From an uncultured beta proteobacterium (GTDB lineage: Bacteria > Pseudomonadota > Gammaproteobacteria > Burkholderiales > Gallionellaceae), in NCBI GenBank assembly GCA_963827265.1, contig CAWHAD010000002.1, forward strand, positions 144,030 to 208,029: a stretch of 64,000 nt of DNA, written 5' to 3'. Below are positions 9,323-20,423 of this stretch, piece by piece. How positions within the stretch are numbered: position 1 is the first letter of the stretch; the number at the start of each line of letters is the position of its first letter. A program made the translations under genes and the position numbers. The notes below the pieces were generated by a model. That model worked only from the letters and a program-made list of their open reading frames with translations. It searched no databases and had not been told where the DNA came from.

Positions 9323-9964
9323 CTATTTCAGACGCGACCAGATCTGCTTTTTCACAAAGTAAAGCAACAACGTCAGTATGAGCAGATATCCGATTACATA
9401 ATAACCCAGCCTGTGTCGCTCCTGTTCATGTGGGTCAGCCGCCCAGTAAAGGAATGACACGATGTCATGGGCCGTTGCCTTAATCTGTTCCCGCGCCGCA
9501 TGATCTGTCGTGGTGCTCATTCCGAGCGGGTCGGGCATATGGGTTGCAGGGAAAATACGATTGTGGACCACACCGTCAGCCGTGCTGTAATAGCCCAGCA
9601 GGTAGGAATACACGTAGTCCGCCCCGCCCTCGCGTGCCTTGGTCATCAGGCTCAGGTCCGGCGGTACCAGGTTGAAGGATTGCATGGCTGCCTCGTCGGA
9701 CATCAGGCCGGTAAGCGGCGAATCGAGCGGCTGGTCGCCGCGCCATCCGTCGATCTTTTGCCTGTCGATGCCCAGTTTGGCAAGATCCAGATAGGTGACG
9801 TATTTCAGATTGTGGCAACTGTGGCAGTTGTTCATCAGGTCGTCGACACCGCGCGCAATTGCGGGAAGATCGGTATCAACTTTGATATGCTCAAGCGATG
9901 CTTCTTCGGCCCATACTGGTGAAGCAGAACAACACAATAACAACAAGGCAATCAGATTTTTCAT
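9323..9964 (-). CDS. petC: Cytochrome c1 of a bc1 complex
   Basis: Signal peptide [45 protein letters not shown]-terminal TM; ATGA overlap with petB. Confidence 0.9.
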   Translation of the reverse strand: MKNLIALLLLCCSASPVWAEEASLEHIKVDTDLPAIARGVDDLMNNCHSCHNLKYVTYLDLAKLGIDRQKIDGWRGDQPLDSPLTGLMSDEAAMQSFNLVPPDLSLMTKAREGGADYVYSYLLGYYSTADGVVHNRIFPATHMPDPLGMSTTTDHAAREQIKATAHDIVSFLYWAADPHEQERHRLGYYVIGYLLILTLLLYFVKKQIWSRLK

Positions 9965-11218
9965 TTGCTGTCTCCACTGCGACGGTGCGGCTGCATTTGG
10001 CTTCGTTCCCCGGCATCGCTTGCCATCAATTCCTTGAGTTCGGGGGGAAGTCCTCGCTGGATCAACCATCGTTCCTCCTTCTTGGAAAGGAACGGAAGAA
10101 GCACAAACTGCGCAAAATAAATTATCGTCGCGATTCTGCCCAGCAAGATGGTCTGATTGCTGGGTGGGTTCCAGCCGACATATCCCAGCACCAGCATGTC
10201 CACCACGAATATATAGAACATCATGCGATACCAGGGACGGTAATACGCTCCGCCAGGAATGCGGGAACGGTCCAGGTAGGGCATGAAGGAAAACACAATC
10301 ACCGACAGTCCCATCGCGACCACGCCGCCGACCAGGTCCGGCACCGAGCGCAAGATCGCATAGAAGGGCAGGAAATACCATTCAGGAACGATGTGCGTCG
10401 GGGTTTGCATCGGATTGGCCGGTATATTGTTGGCGGGCTCCATCAGGCTATTCGGGAAAAAGAATACAAACAGGCAATATACGATCAGGAATATACCCAG
10501 ACCGTAGAAGTCCTTGCTGGTGAAATAGGGATGAAAAGGGATGTTGTCCTTGGCTGCAAGATCGATGCCGCTTGGATTGCTGCTTTTGACGGTATGCAAC
10601 GCGATCAGATGCACCACCACGCCGCCGAGGATCAGGAACGGCAACAAGTAGTGCAGCGAGAAGAAGCGCGTCAGTGTTGCATCCCCAACGGAAAAATCGC
10701 CGCGCAACCAGGCAACCACTTGTTCACCGATAAAATGGCGTGGCCTTGAACAGATTGGTGATAACGGTCGCACCCCAGAAGGACATTTGTCCCCACGGCA
10801 GCAAATAGCCCATGAAAGCGGTTGCCATCAGCATCAGCAGCAATCCCTGCCCGGTCCACCACATCAGCTCGCGCGGGGCACGGTACGATCCGTAATAAAG
10901 CGTGCGCGCCATATGGATATAGATCACCAGGAAGAATGCCGACGCACCGGTGGCGTGCATGAAGCGCAACAGCCAGCCGTAATTCACGTCGCGCATGATG
11001 TGCTGTATCGAGTCAAACGACAAGGTGACATCCGCCTTGTAGTGCATGGCCAGGAACACACCGGTGGCCACCTGCAGCACCAGCACGAAACCGGCCAGAA
11101 ATCCGAAATTCCACCAGTAACTGAGATTGCGGGGGGTTGGATATTCGGTCAGATCATGTTTGACGAAACTGCTGAGCGGGAAACGCCGGTCTATCCAATG
11201 AATGATTTTGTTTGTCAT
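9961..11218 (-). CDS. petB: Cytochrome b of a bc1 complex (one +1 frameshift in a T-run near 10733)
   Basis: [49 protein letters not shown] spread over two ORFs. Confidence 0.93.
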
Positions 11219-11227
11219 GGTCGCCTC

Positions 11228-11747
11228 TTATGCTTTAGATTGGCCGATAAGAATCTTGCTGTCCGACACGAAGTAGTATGGCGGCACCGCCAGATTACGC
11301 GGTGCCGGGCCACGCACGACCCGTCCGCTGTCGTCATACTGGCTGCCATGGCAATGGCAAGTCCATCCCGGTCCCTCCTTGTTAGGGACACAGCCCAAAT
11401 GGGTGCAGATACCGATCACGACCAGCCATTGCGGCTTGATCACCCGCTTGCCGTCCGGCTCGGGATCGAATCCGCCGTCCGAAGCCTCCATCGCCTTTAT
11501 TTCTTCCGGGTCGCGATGAAACACGAAATACCGGCTTGCCCTGCCAGGCAACGGTGTGCACGCCGCCAACCGGAATCCCGGACAGATCCACTTCAGTCGT
11601 GGCCTTGGCCAGCACATCCGAACTCGGATTCATACTGGCGACAAATGGAATGCACGCCGCCGCCGCTCCCGCCCCGCCCACGACAGAGGTCACCTTGATT
11701 AGGAAATTGCGCCGTTTCGAATCACCCAATTTATTGCTTTCAGACAT
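11228..11747 (-). CDS. petA: Rieske Fe-S protein of a bc1 complex (one +1 frameshift near 11527)
   Basis: Tat motif KRRNFL, CTHLGC, CHCHGS, GPAPRNL. Confidence 0.9.
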
Positions 11748-11785
11748 TACCTTCTCCTGATCAATATTCAAAAACCGTGTTGCTG

Positions 11786-12697
11786 TTATTTTCCCACTGT
11801 CTTTTGCAACACATCACGAATTGCGTTCGGTGTACTCATGATGTTCATGAAGCTGTTCTTTCCCATCATGCTCAGATCGGGAAAATTGATCGCGATACGG
11901 AAGCGGGCATACAGCGCATAGACCTTGTTGCCCGATACCAGCACCTCGTAAGGAAGATGTGCGGTGGATCTGACATCATGGAAGTCGATTTCACTCATGA
12001 TGTATTTGTCATCCATGTATTTGTCGGCTTCGCTCGGCGCTTTCATCGCAACGCCAAATACAGACTCCTGCTTTCCGGGTATATCCACGCGATAGACTTT
12101 GCTGACCCCGTTCTTGTTGTCGCTCAGCTTTGCATCCACCGATTTGACAGCATCTTCGTAACTGGGATATTCGGCCAGCACACTCGGTTCGTTAAAATAT
12201 TCCATGCCGAACATGTAATGATATTTGCGCGCCTGACTGGCTGTCATGCCCTGTGCCGAACCGAATTCTTCGACCTTGCCCAGCGCGCTGGCCATTTTGG
12301 CGTAAACATCGCTCAGGTCGCCCTTCATGCGGTATGCATTTGCCATGTAAACGGGATTGGTATAGCTCAACTGAATTTCGCTATTTACCTTGGTAATCGC
12401 CACTCTCTGTATCGCGCCGAATCCGCCATGTTCCGAATCGGCGGCATTTTTTTTCAGCTCGTCGTTCGTGACGATCAGTATCTCGGCATTGGCATAAGGC
12501 GAATAATCGCCTACCACGGTAAATCCGCCGGCGGTCAGGGCCGCTTTCGCCTGATCGGTTTTCTCTGCAATCGTTCCAGTGCCCCTTGAGGCAAGCACGA
12601 ATGGTTTCAATTTGACATCATCAGCCAGCGCATTGCTGATGCCCAATAACAGCAATGCCAATATTAAAAATTTATTTAGTAACAGTTTGTTCATCAT
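11786..12697 (-). CDS. Exported hypothetical protein (possibly tandem DUF302-like fold)
   Basis: Signal peptide ending ALA-DD; LSYTNP and AHLPYEVLV motifs resemble DUF302 motifs. Confidence 0.75.
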   Translation of the reverse strand: MMNKLLLNKFLILALLLLGISNALADDVKLKPFVLASRGTGTIAEKTDQAKAALTAGGFTVVGDYSPYANAEILIVTNDELKKNAADSEHGGFGAIQRVAITKVNSEIQLSYTNPVYMANAYRMKGDLSDVYAKMASALGKVEEFGSAQGMTASQARKYHYMFGMEYFNEPSVLAEYPSYEDAVKSVDAKLSDNKNGVSKVYRVDIPGKQESVFGVAMKAPSEADKYMDDKYIMSEIDFHDVRSTAHLPYEVLVSGNKVYALYARFRIAINFPDLSMMGKNSFMNIMSTPNAIRDVLQKTVGK

Positions 12698-12729
12698 GGT
12701 CTCCCCCACAGCGCGTTTAAGTACGGATT

Positions 12730-14127
12730 TCAACTTTTCGTTAGTTCTGGATTTTCAGGATTGAACCAGGCCAATTTTTGCCTGAGCGTGACGACCCCGC
12801 CGACGATGATCAAAGTCGGGGCATGCAACTGTTCTACTTCCGCTTTTTCGGGAAGCGTTGCAAGTGTGCCGGTAATGACACGCTGATTCTTCGTGGTGCC
12901 CTGTTGCACGATTGCGGCAGGCGTATCGCCGGACAAACCATGGGAGACGAGTTCGGCACAAAGCGTTGCCAGCCCGTGCAGACCCATATAAACCACGATG
13001 GTTTGTTTCGGGCGGGCCAGCGCCTCCCAGTCGAGATTCATGCTGCCGTCTTTCAGGTGGCCGGTGACGAACACGCAGGATTGCGCATGATCACGGTGCG
13101 TCAATGGAATCCCGGCATAGGAAGAAACTCCGGAAGCTGCGGTAATTCCCGGAACGACCTGAAAAGCAATTCCTTCCGCTGCCAGGGTCTCGATTTCCTC
13201 TCCGCCCCGCCCGAAGATGAACGGGTCGCCACCCTTCAGACGCAATACGCGTTTGCCTTCCTTGGCCAGCCTGACCAGCAGTTCATTGATCTGTTCCTGC
13301 CTCAATGTGTGATCGTCACGTTTCTTGCCTACATAAATACGCTCTGCATCGCGCCGCGTCATGTCGACGATCGGCTTGGTCACCAGATTGTCGTAAACCA
13401 CCACATCGGCCTTCTGCATCAGACGCAATGCGCGAAACGTCAGCAAATCCGGATCGCCCGGGCCTGCGCCAACCAGATAGACTTCGCCGCGCTGGATATT
13501 GTCCTCGCTCTCCAGCATCTGCAGCAGCATCGTTTCCGCGCTGCGTTCATCGCCGCTCAGCACTTTTTCGGCGATCACGCCTTCCAGCACATTTTCCCAG
13601 AAGATGCGGCGCTTTGCCGGATTGGTGACGCGCAGTTTGACCTGCTCACGGTAACGTTCCGCGAATCCGGCCAGTCTGCTGTAGTTCTGCGGAATCATGG
13701 TCTCGAGCTTGCCGCGCATTAATCGTGTCAGCACCGGCGAAGCACCGCCGCTGGAGAAGGCCACCATCAGCGGAGAACGGTCCATGATGGCGGGCATGAT
13801 GAAGCTGCACAATTCGGGATCGTCCACCACGTTCACCGGGATGTTGCGCGCCCGCGCCAACTCGGAAACTTGCCGGTTGACACCGCGATCACTGGTAGCA
13901 GCGATGACCAGCATCACGCCCTCAAGATGCCGCGCTTCAAAACGGGAGACGATTGCCTCAACGCCAGGCTGTTCCGCCAGCGCGGGCTCGATTTGCGGCG
14001 CGACAACGCGCACCTTCGCGCCGGCTTCAAGCAACACGCCCGCCTTGCGCTTGCCGACTTCGCCGCCGCCCACCACCAGGCAAAGCCTGTTGCGGACATC
14101 GGCGAAAATCGGCAGATAATCCATCAC
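12730..14127 (-). CDS. cysG: Siroheme synthase CysG
   Basis: [55 protein letters not shown]. Confidence 0.96.
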   Translation of the reverse strand: MMDYLPIFADVRNRLCLVVGGGEVGKRKAGVLLEAGAKVRVVAPQIEPALAEQPGVEAIVSRFEARHLEGVMLVIAATSDRGVNRQVSELARARNIPVNVVDDPELCSFIMPAIMDRSPLMVAFSSGGASPVLTRLMRGKLETMIPQNYSRLAGFAERYREQVKLRVTNPAKRRIFWENVLEGVIAEKVLSGDERSAETMLLQMLESEDNIQRGEVYLVGAGPGDPDLLTFRALRLMQKADVVVYDNLVTKPIVDMTRRDAERIYVGKKRDDHTLRQEQINELLVRLAKEGKRVLRLKGGDPFIFGRGGEEIETLAAEGIAFQVVPGITAASGVSSYAGIPLTHRDHAQSCVFVTGHLKDGSMNLDWEALARPKQTIVVYMGLHGLATLCAELVSHGLSGDTPAAIVQQGTTKNQRVITGTLATLPEKAEVEQLHAPTLIIVGGVVTLRQKLAWFNPENPELTKS

Positions 14128-14724
14128 TTCACCGCTTTCAGGATCAGCGGTACCAGCGCCTCCGGCAGCCTGATGTTGCCCGAAAGCGCGAATTCATGGG
14201 CGTTCGATGACATCTTCTGCCAGGTCTTGCGTATGATCGGTATCCATTTCGCTTCATCGTACTCCGGGTGCTGCGCGACAAAACCGGTCAGGTAATGCTC
14301 GACGAACACCAGATCGACCACATCTTCCATCAGTTGTGTCTCGGAATTGACCTTCAATCCCTTCTTGCCCACGATTTTCCTGACACGGTCTATCATTTCG
14401 TCGTCATAACCCGCCTTTTTCATGATTTCCCCGGCAGCATCGGCGTGAAACTTGTACAGCCCGGTGCGCCATTGCAGGTAACCCTGCTTGTCCATGGGAT
14501 AGCTGCTGCGCGGAATTTTCCAGCGCTGGATATGCTGCGCGCGCACAGCGAGTTTCACCGCTTCCGATGCATCGGGAATATAGCGCTCCTGCATCTCGGT
14601 CATGCGCTGTGAATAAAGCAATTCCTTCGGATACGCCTTGCCGTCGGCGGATTTCCCGGTTCGGGTCTTCCGCATTGGCCTGGTCTATGGCAGCGATGGC
14701 CGCTTGGTAGCATGGTTGTGTCAT
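14124..14724 (-). CDS. DUF4202 protein (one +1 frameshift near 14650)
   Basis: [13 protein letters not shown] then [26 protein letters not shown]; overlaps dsrN and cysG by 4 bp. Confidence 0.82.
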
Positions 14725-16130
14725 TGCGCTTTCTCGTTTGCTGAATTGGTGCCGGCATGCTGTTGTTCCCGCTGTCGCCGGACGAAGGAGACGAAACGGG
14801 TGGCCCAGTAGCAACTGCCTATGCTGCGCAGGTGGGTATAGGATGCCAGCAGATTGTGCAGAACCAGGCCATCCCTGCTTCCGTCTATGCCGTATCCACG
14901 CTCCACACGGTAAGCGAATCGGCTGTCCTGCGGAAGATTCTCAAGACTGGAATAATGGAATTCGTGCGCCTTGATCTGCCTGGCTGTGGTATTGGGACGC
15001 GGCCACGGATGTTCCTCATCTTCCTTTAGATGGACATAGCCGCGTCCGACGGGTTTGTCATGCATCTTCACATCCCCGGGGATCGCGCCGACCATCCGGT
15101 AGGTGCGCCCCTGATATGCAATCCCACGCGACAGGTACATCAGGCCGCCGCATTCGGCATAGGCCGGCATGCCATTTTCGATGGCCAGTCTGATCGCTTC
15201 GCGCAATGAAGTGTTCGCCTCCAGCTCGGCAGCACAGGTCTCGGGAAAGCCGCCGCCGATATACAGCGCATCGACAGCCGGCAACCGGGCGTCACGCAAG
15301 GTGTCGAACGGCACCAGTTCGGCACCCGCCGCTTCCAGCGTATCCAGGTCGTCGGCATAGTAAAAACCAAAGGCACGGTCGCGCGCGATTCCAATGCGCA
15401 CCTTGTCACCAGAGACAAGCGGACTCACTTCTGCCTTGTGCGGAACATTGAGTGGTTTCCTTTTCGACAATGCGAGCAGTTTGTCCAGATCGACCTGCCG
15501 GGAGATGGCTTCGCCTATCTGCATGATCTTTGCCGATGCCACATGCGATTCGTTGCTCGGCATCAGGCCGAGATGGCGCTCCTCGATGCTGAGCCGCTCG
15601 TCGTGATGGACCGCGCCGACAACCGGCACATCAGTGTAGTGCTCGATCACGCTGCGCAGTTTGGATTCGTGCCGGCTGCCGCCAAGATTGTTGAGTATCA
15701 CGCCGGCTATGTTGACGTCCCGGTCGAAAGCCTGATAGCCGAGTATCAGCGGCGCGATCCCGCGCGTCATGCCGCGCGCATCGATCACCAGGAACACCGG
15801 CAGGTCGAGCAATTTTGCCAATGCGGCGTTGCTGTTGCTGCCATCCAGCGCGAGTCCGTCATACAGCCCCTTGTTTCCTTCTACGAGGTTGACTTCCTTG
15901 CTGTGGCGGGAAAAGGTGGCGACGATATCGTCGCGCTCCATCAGATACGGGTCAAGATTGCGGCAGGCGCGCCCTGAAGCCTGTCCCAGCCACATCGGGT
16001 CGATGTAATCGGGTCCTTTTTTGAAAGGCTGGACGATGTGCCCGCGATTGTTCAATGCGGCACACAAACCTATGCTGACCATCGTTTTTCCGGAAGACTT
16101 GTGTGCTGCTGAGATCAACATCCGATACAT
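14721..16130 (-). CDS. dsrN: Siroheme amidase DsrN (cobyrinate a,c-diamide synthase family)
   Basis: AHKSSGKT, FKKGPDYID, ERHLGL, YAECGGLMYL, HEFHYS; follows dsrP. Confidence 0.92.
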   Translation of the reverse strand: MYRMLISAAHKSSGKTMVSIGLCAALNNRGHIVQPFKKGPDYIDPMWLGQASGRACRNLDPYLMERDDIVATFSRHSKEVNLVEGNKGLYDGLALDGSNSNAALAKLLDLPVFLVIDARGMTRGIAPLILGYQAFDRDVNIAGVILNNLGGSRHESKLRSVIEHYTDVPVVGAVHHDERLSIEERHLGLMPSNESHVASAKIMQIGEAISRQVDLDKLLALSKRKPLNVPHKAEVSPLVSGDKVRIGIARDRAFGFYYADDLDTLEAAGAELVPFDTLRDARLPAVDALYIGGGFPETCAAELEANTSLREAIRLAIENGMPAYAECGGLMYLSRGIAYQGRTYRMVGAIPGDVKMHDKPVGRGYVHLKEDEEHPWPRPNTTARQIKAHEFHYSSLENLPQDSRFAYRVERGYGIDGSRDGLVLHNLLASYTHLRSIGSCYWATRFVSFVRRQREQQHAGTNSANEKAQ

Positions 16131-16153
16131 GGCAAAATTAATCGGTTGACCTC

Positions 16154-17337
16154 TTATACTCGTTGCGGGATTTGCTCTGGCGGCATGAAATTCAATGCGT
16201 GGACACCAATAGTGGTAATCAGGAAAGCAATAGCCAGGCCGCCAAAACCCAGCAGGAATTCATAAAGTGAAGGCTGATACTGACCGATCTGTCCGTCCCA
16301 GAAGGTGCTGGTAACTTCATAACCCGGGAAAATATCCAGCGGAAAGGCCTGCCCGCCGATGATGAACACATAGAGCAGCGCGAAACTGCCCAAGAATGAC
16401 CATCAGTGAAGCGAGAACGACAAATTTTGTTTTACCCAGGCCTGGATGATAGATCAGCAGCAGCGGCAGCAGGCTTCCCAGTACCACATAGCCAACCCAG
16501 AACATCCAGGGATAGATACCGCCGCTGACCAGAATGAAATGCTCGAAGGCAGTCTGTTTGGCGAAATAAAGATTGCTCAGGTGGTAAACCGCGACCAGAT
16601 AAAGCGTCCCGAGCACAAAGATGCCAAGAAGATTCTTCATGCGATGCAGTATTACCGGATCTTGAAGTCCTGTTGTTCCAGGTATACATCGTCGACTGTA
16701 CAACATGGAACACTGCCAGTCCCCAGGTGAAGGACATGACAAGGAACATTGGCGGCAATATTGCCGAAGCATAAGCCTGGCGTGCGACGAGAAATGCGAA
16801 GATCAGGCCGGTGCCGGTGGTCAGGATGATGCGCCAGGCGAACACGACGAGACCGGCTGGCTTGATCCAGCGATTCATGCGCCGCTCCAGCAAGGTCCAG
16901 GTATAGATGGCGACGAATGTGAACAGCCCGCTATACAGCACAATATTCCACGCAAATACCGAGGTCAGATTGAAATGGGTTGCAGCAACGATAATACGGT
17001 CCGGGCGGCCAAGGTCCAGCATCAGCACGGCCAGTCCTCCGGCTAACAGGGCTATGGAAAGCATGCCAGCCAGGGGCGCACGACCCTTGTACACGGCTTT
17101 GCCGAATACCGAGCCGATGGAGGCTATGTTGAGTACGCCGGACGCCGTGACAATCATGAATATCGCGAACACGTGCGGCATGCCCCAGACGATCTGGTTA
17201 TTCATTCCGGTGATGATATGACCGTGTGTCTCCATCATGTGAGCCGCATACAGCCCCATCATCGCGACCAGACCGCCCGCGGCCAGCAACGCGTAATACA
17301 GTCTGGTCTTGAATCGGAGTGGAGAATGGTTGGCCAT
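16154..17337 (-). CDS. dsrP: DsrP (NrfD family membrane subunit); frameshifts near 16665 and 16390
   Basis: TGMNNQIVWGMPHVFA, DLGRPDR, IIGGQAFPL over three frames. Confidence 0.88.
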
Positions 17338-17342
17338 TATTT

Positions 17343-18057
17343 TTATATTCCCTGGTAACGAAGGCCGGTATCCAGCCCCAGATCGGCGCGTATCTGAGTG
17401 GATGCCACCGTGCGGATTTTCTTGGCTATCTCGCTGTCCGGGTCGTTGAGATTGCCGAACAGGATGGACTTGTTCGGGCATGCCTCGGCACAGGCGGGTT
17501 CTTTCCCTGCATCCACGCGCTGCACGCACATCGTGCAGCTTTCCACGGTGCCCTTGCCGCGCGGCACATCGGGTTTCTGGTCGTGCAGCGGTTCATGCAC
17601 AAAGGACCGCGCCTTGTAAGGGCAGGCCATCATGCAGTAGCGGCAACCGATGCATAGATGCTTGTCCACCAGCACGATGCCGTCGGCACGCTTGAAAGAT
17701 GCACCGGTCGGGCAGACATCGACACACGGTGGCTCCGCGCAATGCTGGCACATCATCGGCAGCGCAAGCTGCCGGCCGGTGCGCATGTCCTTGAGTTCGA
17801 CCTTGCGTATCCATTGCGAATCGGTCGGGCTCAATCCGCCGGACAGGCCGTTCTCCTTGTTGCAGGCTTTCACGCATTTGTCGCAGCTCTGCACAGTTCG
17901 CCGTGTCGATCAGCATGCCCCAGCGCACTTTGCTCGAAACAGGCTCGGTATCCCCGTGCGCCATGTCGAACATCAACATTCCCGGAGCGATTGCGACTGC
18001 CGCCGCCCCGACCGATGTTTTCAGGAATTGCCTGCGCTGCTCGTTGGTATCACTCAT
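17343..18057 (-). CDS. dsrO: DsrO periplasmic 4Fe-4S protein; frameshift near 17888
   Basis: Tat RRQFLK, RWGMLID, CQHCAEPPCVDVCP, CIGCRYCMMACP. Confidence 0.9.
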
Positions 18058-18429
18058 TTTGACTCCTCCTGGGCCAAAGCGGTGCTTCGCTTGCTGGAGT
18101 GGCATTCGAAACAATCGATCTTGACCGCCTCGTAACGGTGACAGCCTTCGCAGAAGCTGTCGGGGCGTCCGATCACACTGTTGTCGCGCAGACTGGCATG
18201 GCACTCGACGCAGTTCTTGAGGCTGTACTTGCTCCTCGCGTATGCCCTGGTGGACTGTTTCATCACGTTGCTTGAACAGCACCTTCATGTGATTCACGCG
18301 CATCCACTCGGTCGGCGCAACACATTTCCCGCCCTTGCCGATATCGAGCTTGGGCATGCCGTAGCTTTCTGTTGCGCCGGCAGGCGCACAGATCAGGAAA
18401 GCAGCCAGCAGCGCGATCAACTTGAGCAT
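18054..18429 (-). CDS. dsrJ: DsrJ triheme cytochrome c; frameshift near 18233
   Basis: Signal peptide, CV..TEWMRVNHM, RDETVHQG, CVECH/CEGCH/CFECH. Confidence 0.9.
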
Positions 18430-18434
18430 TTTGA

Positions 18435-20403
18435 TTACTCGCCCAGGCCCATCTGGATATACCCCGTCGGGCATACATCCGCGCAAATATGGCAACCGAT
18501 GCACTTGTTGTAATCGGTATCCACATAACGACCGAGGGTCGCCTGATTCTTCTTCACGCGGAACACGGCCGTCTGCGGGCAGTACACCACGCAGTTGTCG
18601 CACTCGAAACACATGCCGCAGCTCATGCAACGCTTGGCTTCGGCAACCGTCTCCTGTTCTTCAAAGACGCCAAGGCGCTCCTCAAAGTTTCCCAGCGCTG
18701 TTTCCTTGTCCAGCGTAATGATATTGCGCTTGTTGCGGGCAACGATGGAAAAGTGACCCAGAAACAGTTTTTCGTGCGGAATCACATAGCGGTCCGAACG
18801 ATCGTCGAAATTGTGCACCGCAATATTGGAAGCATATGTTCCGCGCAGCGGTTCGTGGATCTCTTTGACCTCCAGCCCTTTCTCCATCATCTTGCGCATC
18901 AGGTCGAACTGGTGCGCATCGATCTTGGGCCGCTTCTCCAGATCCTTGCCTTGCAGGTAATTGTGTATGCCATCTGCCGCGATCGAGCCATGGCCGATCG
19001 CAGTGGTCAGCAGATGCGGGCGTATGATGTCGCCGCCGGCGAACACGCCTTTCTGTCCGGCCACCAGATAGTTGCGATCCGTCGAGACCGCACCCTTGCC
19101 GTTGTTGAATTCCTCCAGCCCGGTGAAGTCCACCGCCTGGCCGATCGCGGACACGATCAGGTCTGCGGGAATATCCTCCTCGGTACCCTCGAGTTCTTGA
19201 TCTCCAGTTTGCCGCCGACCAGCTTTGCCTCGCACTGCATGACGCGCAACGCCGTGGCGCGCCCGTCTGCGCCGCGCACGATGCCGATCGGAGCAAGACC
19301 GCCGCGTATCGCGATACCTTCTGCGAGCGCCTGTTCGATTTCGTGCTTGTTGGCCTGCATCTTGTCGATGGCGAAGATCGAAGTCAGCGTCACTTCGGCA
19401 CCCTGCTTGACCGAAATTTCGGCCACATCATGCGCCATCTGCCCTGCAATGGCCTGCTCGAAATCGGTCGGCTTGGATTCCTCAAGATGGCCGAGACGCC
19501 GCGCGACTGTTGCAACGTCGATCGAAGTATCGCCGCCGCCGACCACCACGACGCGCTTGCCGACATGCTGGAGCCGGCCATCGTTGAAGGCCTTCAGGAA
19601 GGCAGTCGCAGTCACCACATTGGGTGCGGCGCTGTTCTCGCAGCGGCAACGCACGTCCGGCCTGTGCGCCCATCCCAAGGAAAACGGCATCGAAATCCTT
19701 GCGGATCTGCTCCAGGGTGATGTCCGTGCCCACGCGGCAATTCATCCGGGTCTTCACGCCCAGATCGATGATGCGTTTGATCTCCGCATCCAGCACTTCG
19801 CGCGGGGTACGGAAACCCGGAATGCCGTAGCGCATCATGCCACCCAGATGTTCGTGCTCGTCGAACACGGTGACTTCATGCCCCTTCAGGGTAAGCTGAT
19901 AGGCGCAGGACAGACTGGCCGGTCCGCCGCCGATAACCGCCACTTTCTTGCCGGTGGGCTTTGCGTCGGTGTGATAGGCAAGGTTGTTGGCAATCGCATA
20001 TTCGCCGAGGAAATGCTCCACCGAATTGATGCCGACATGGTCTTCCAGCGCATTGCGATTGCAGCCCGTTTCGCACGGTGCAGGGCAAACCCGGCCCATC
20101 ACCGACGGAAAAGGATTGGCCTCGGTCAAACGGCGGAAGGCATATTCCTGCCAGGGCATGACCGGCTTGCCATCGGCGCCGACCGGCGGCTTTTCGGTGC
20201 CGCGCGCGATGGCCAGATAGCCGCGGATGTCCTCGCCGGCAGGGCAACTTCCCTGGCATGGCGGCGTGGACTGGATATAGGTCGGGCACTTGTGCGAAAA
20301 ACTCGCCTGCAGGATCTTTTCGTTCAAGCGGCCAACTTTGTTGTCGCCGTCTTTATAGCGGCGGAACGTTATTTGGTTGAGTAGTTTCAGTTGTTGTTGA
20401 CAT
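18435..20403 (-). CDS. dsrL: DsrL NAD(P)H:acceptor oxidoreductase; frameshifts near 20390, 19643 and 19195
   Basis: TPPCQGSCPAGEDIRG, GRVCPAPCE, GGGPA, GGGDTSID, C-terminal CMSCGMCFECDNC and CIGCHICADVCP. Confidence 0.9.
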
Positions 20404-20423
20404 TACCAGCCTCCAATTAATTG

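Noticed and set aside
18489-20384. Long antisense ORFs (also 3317-4981, 23941-25401, 51278-52801, 54193-55242)
   Set aside because: Shadow frames of high-GC genes with no recognisable motifs
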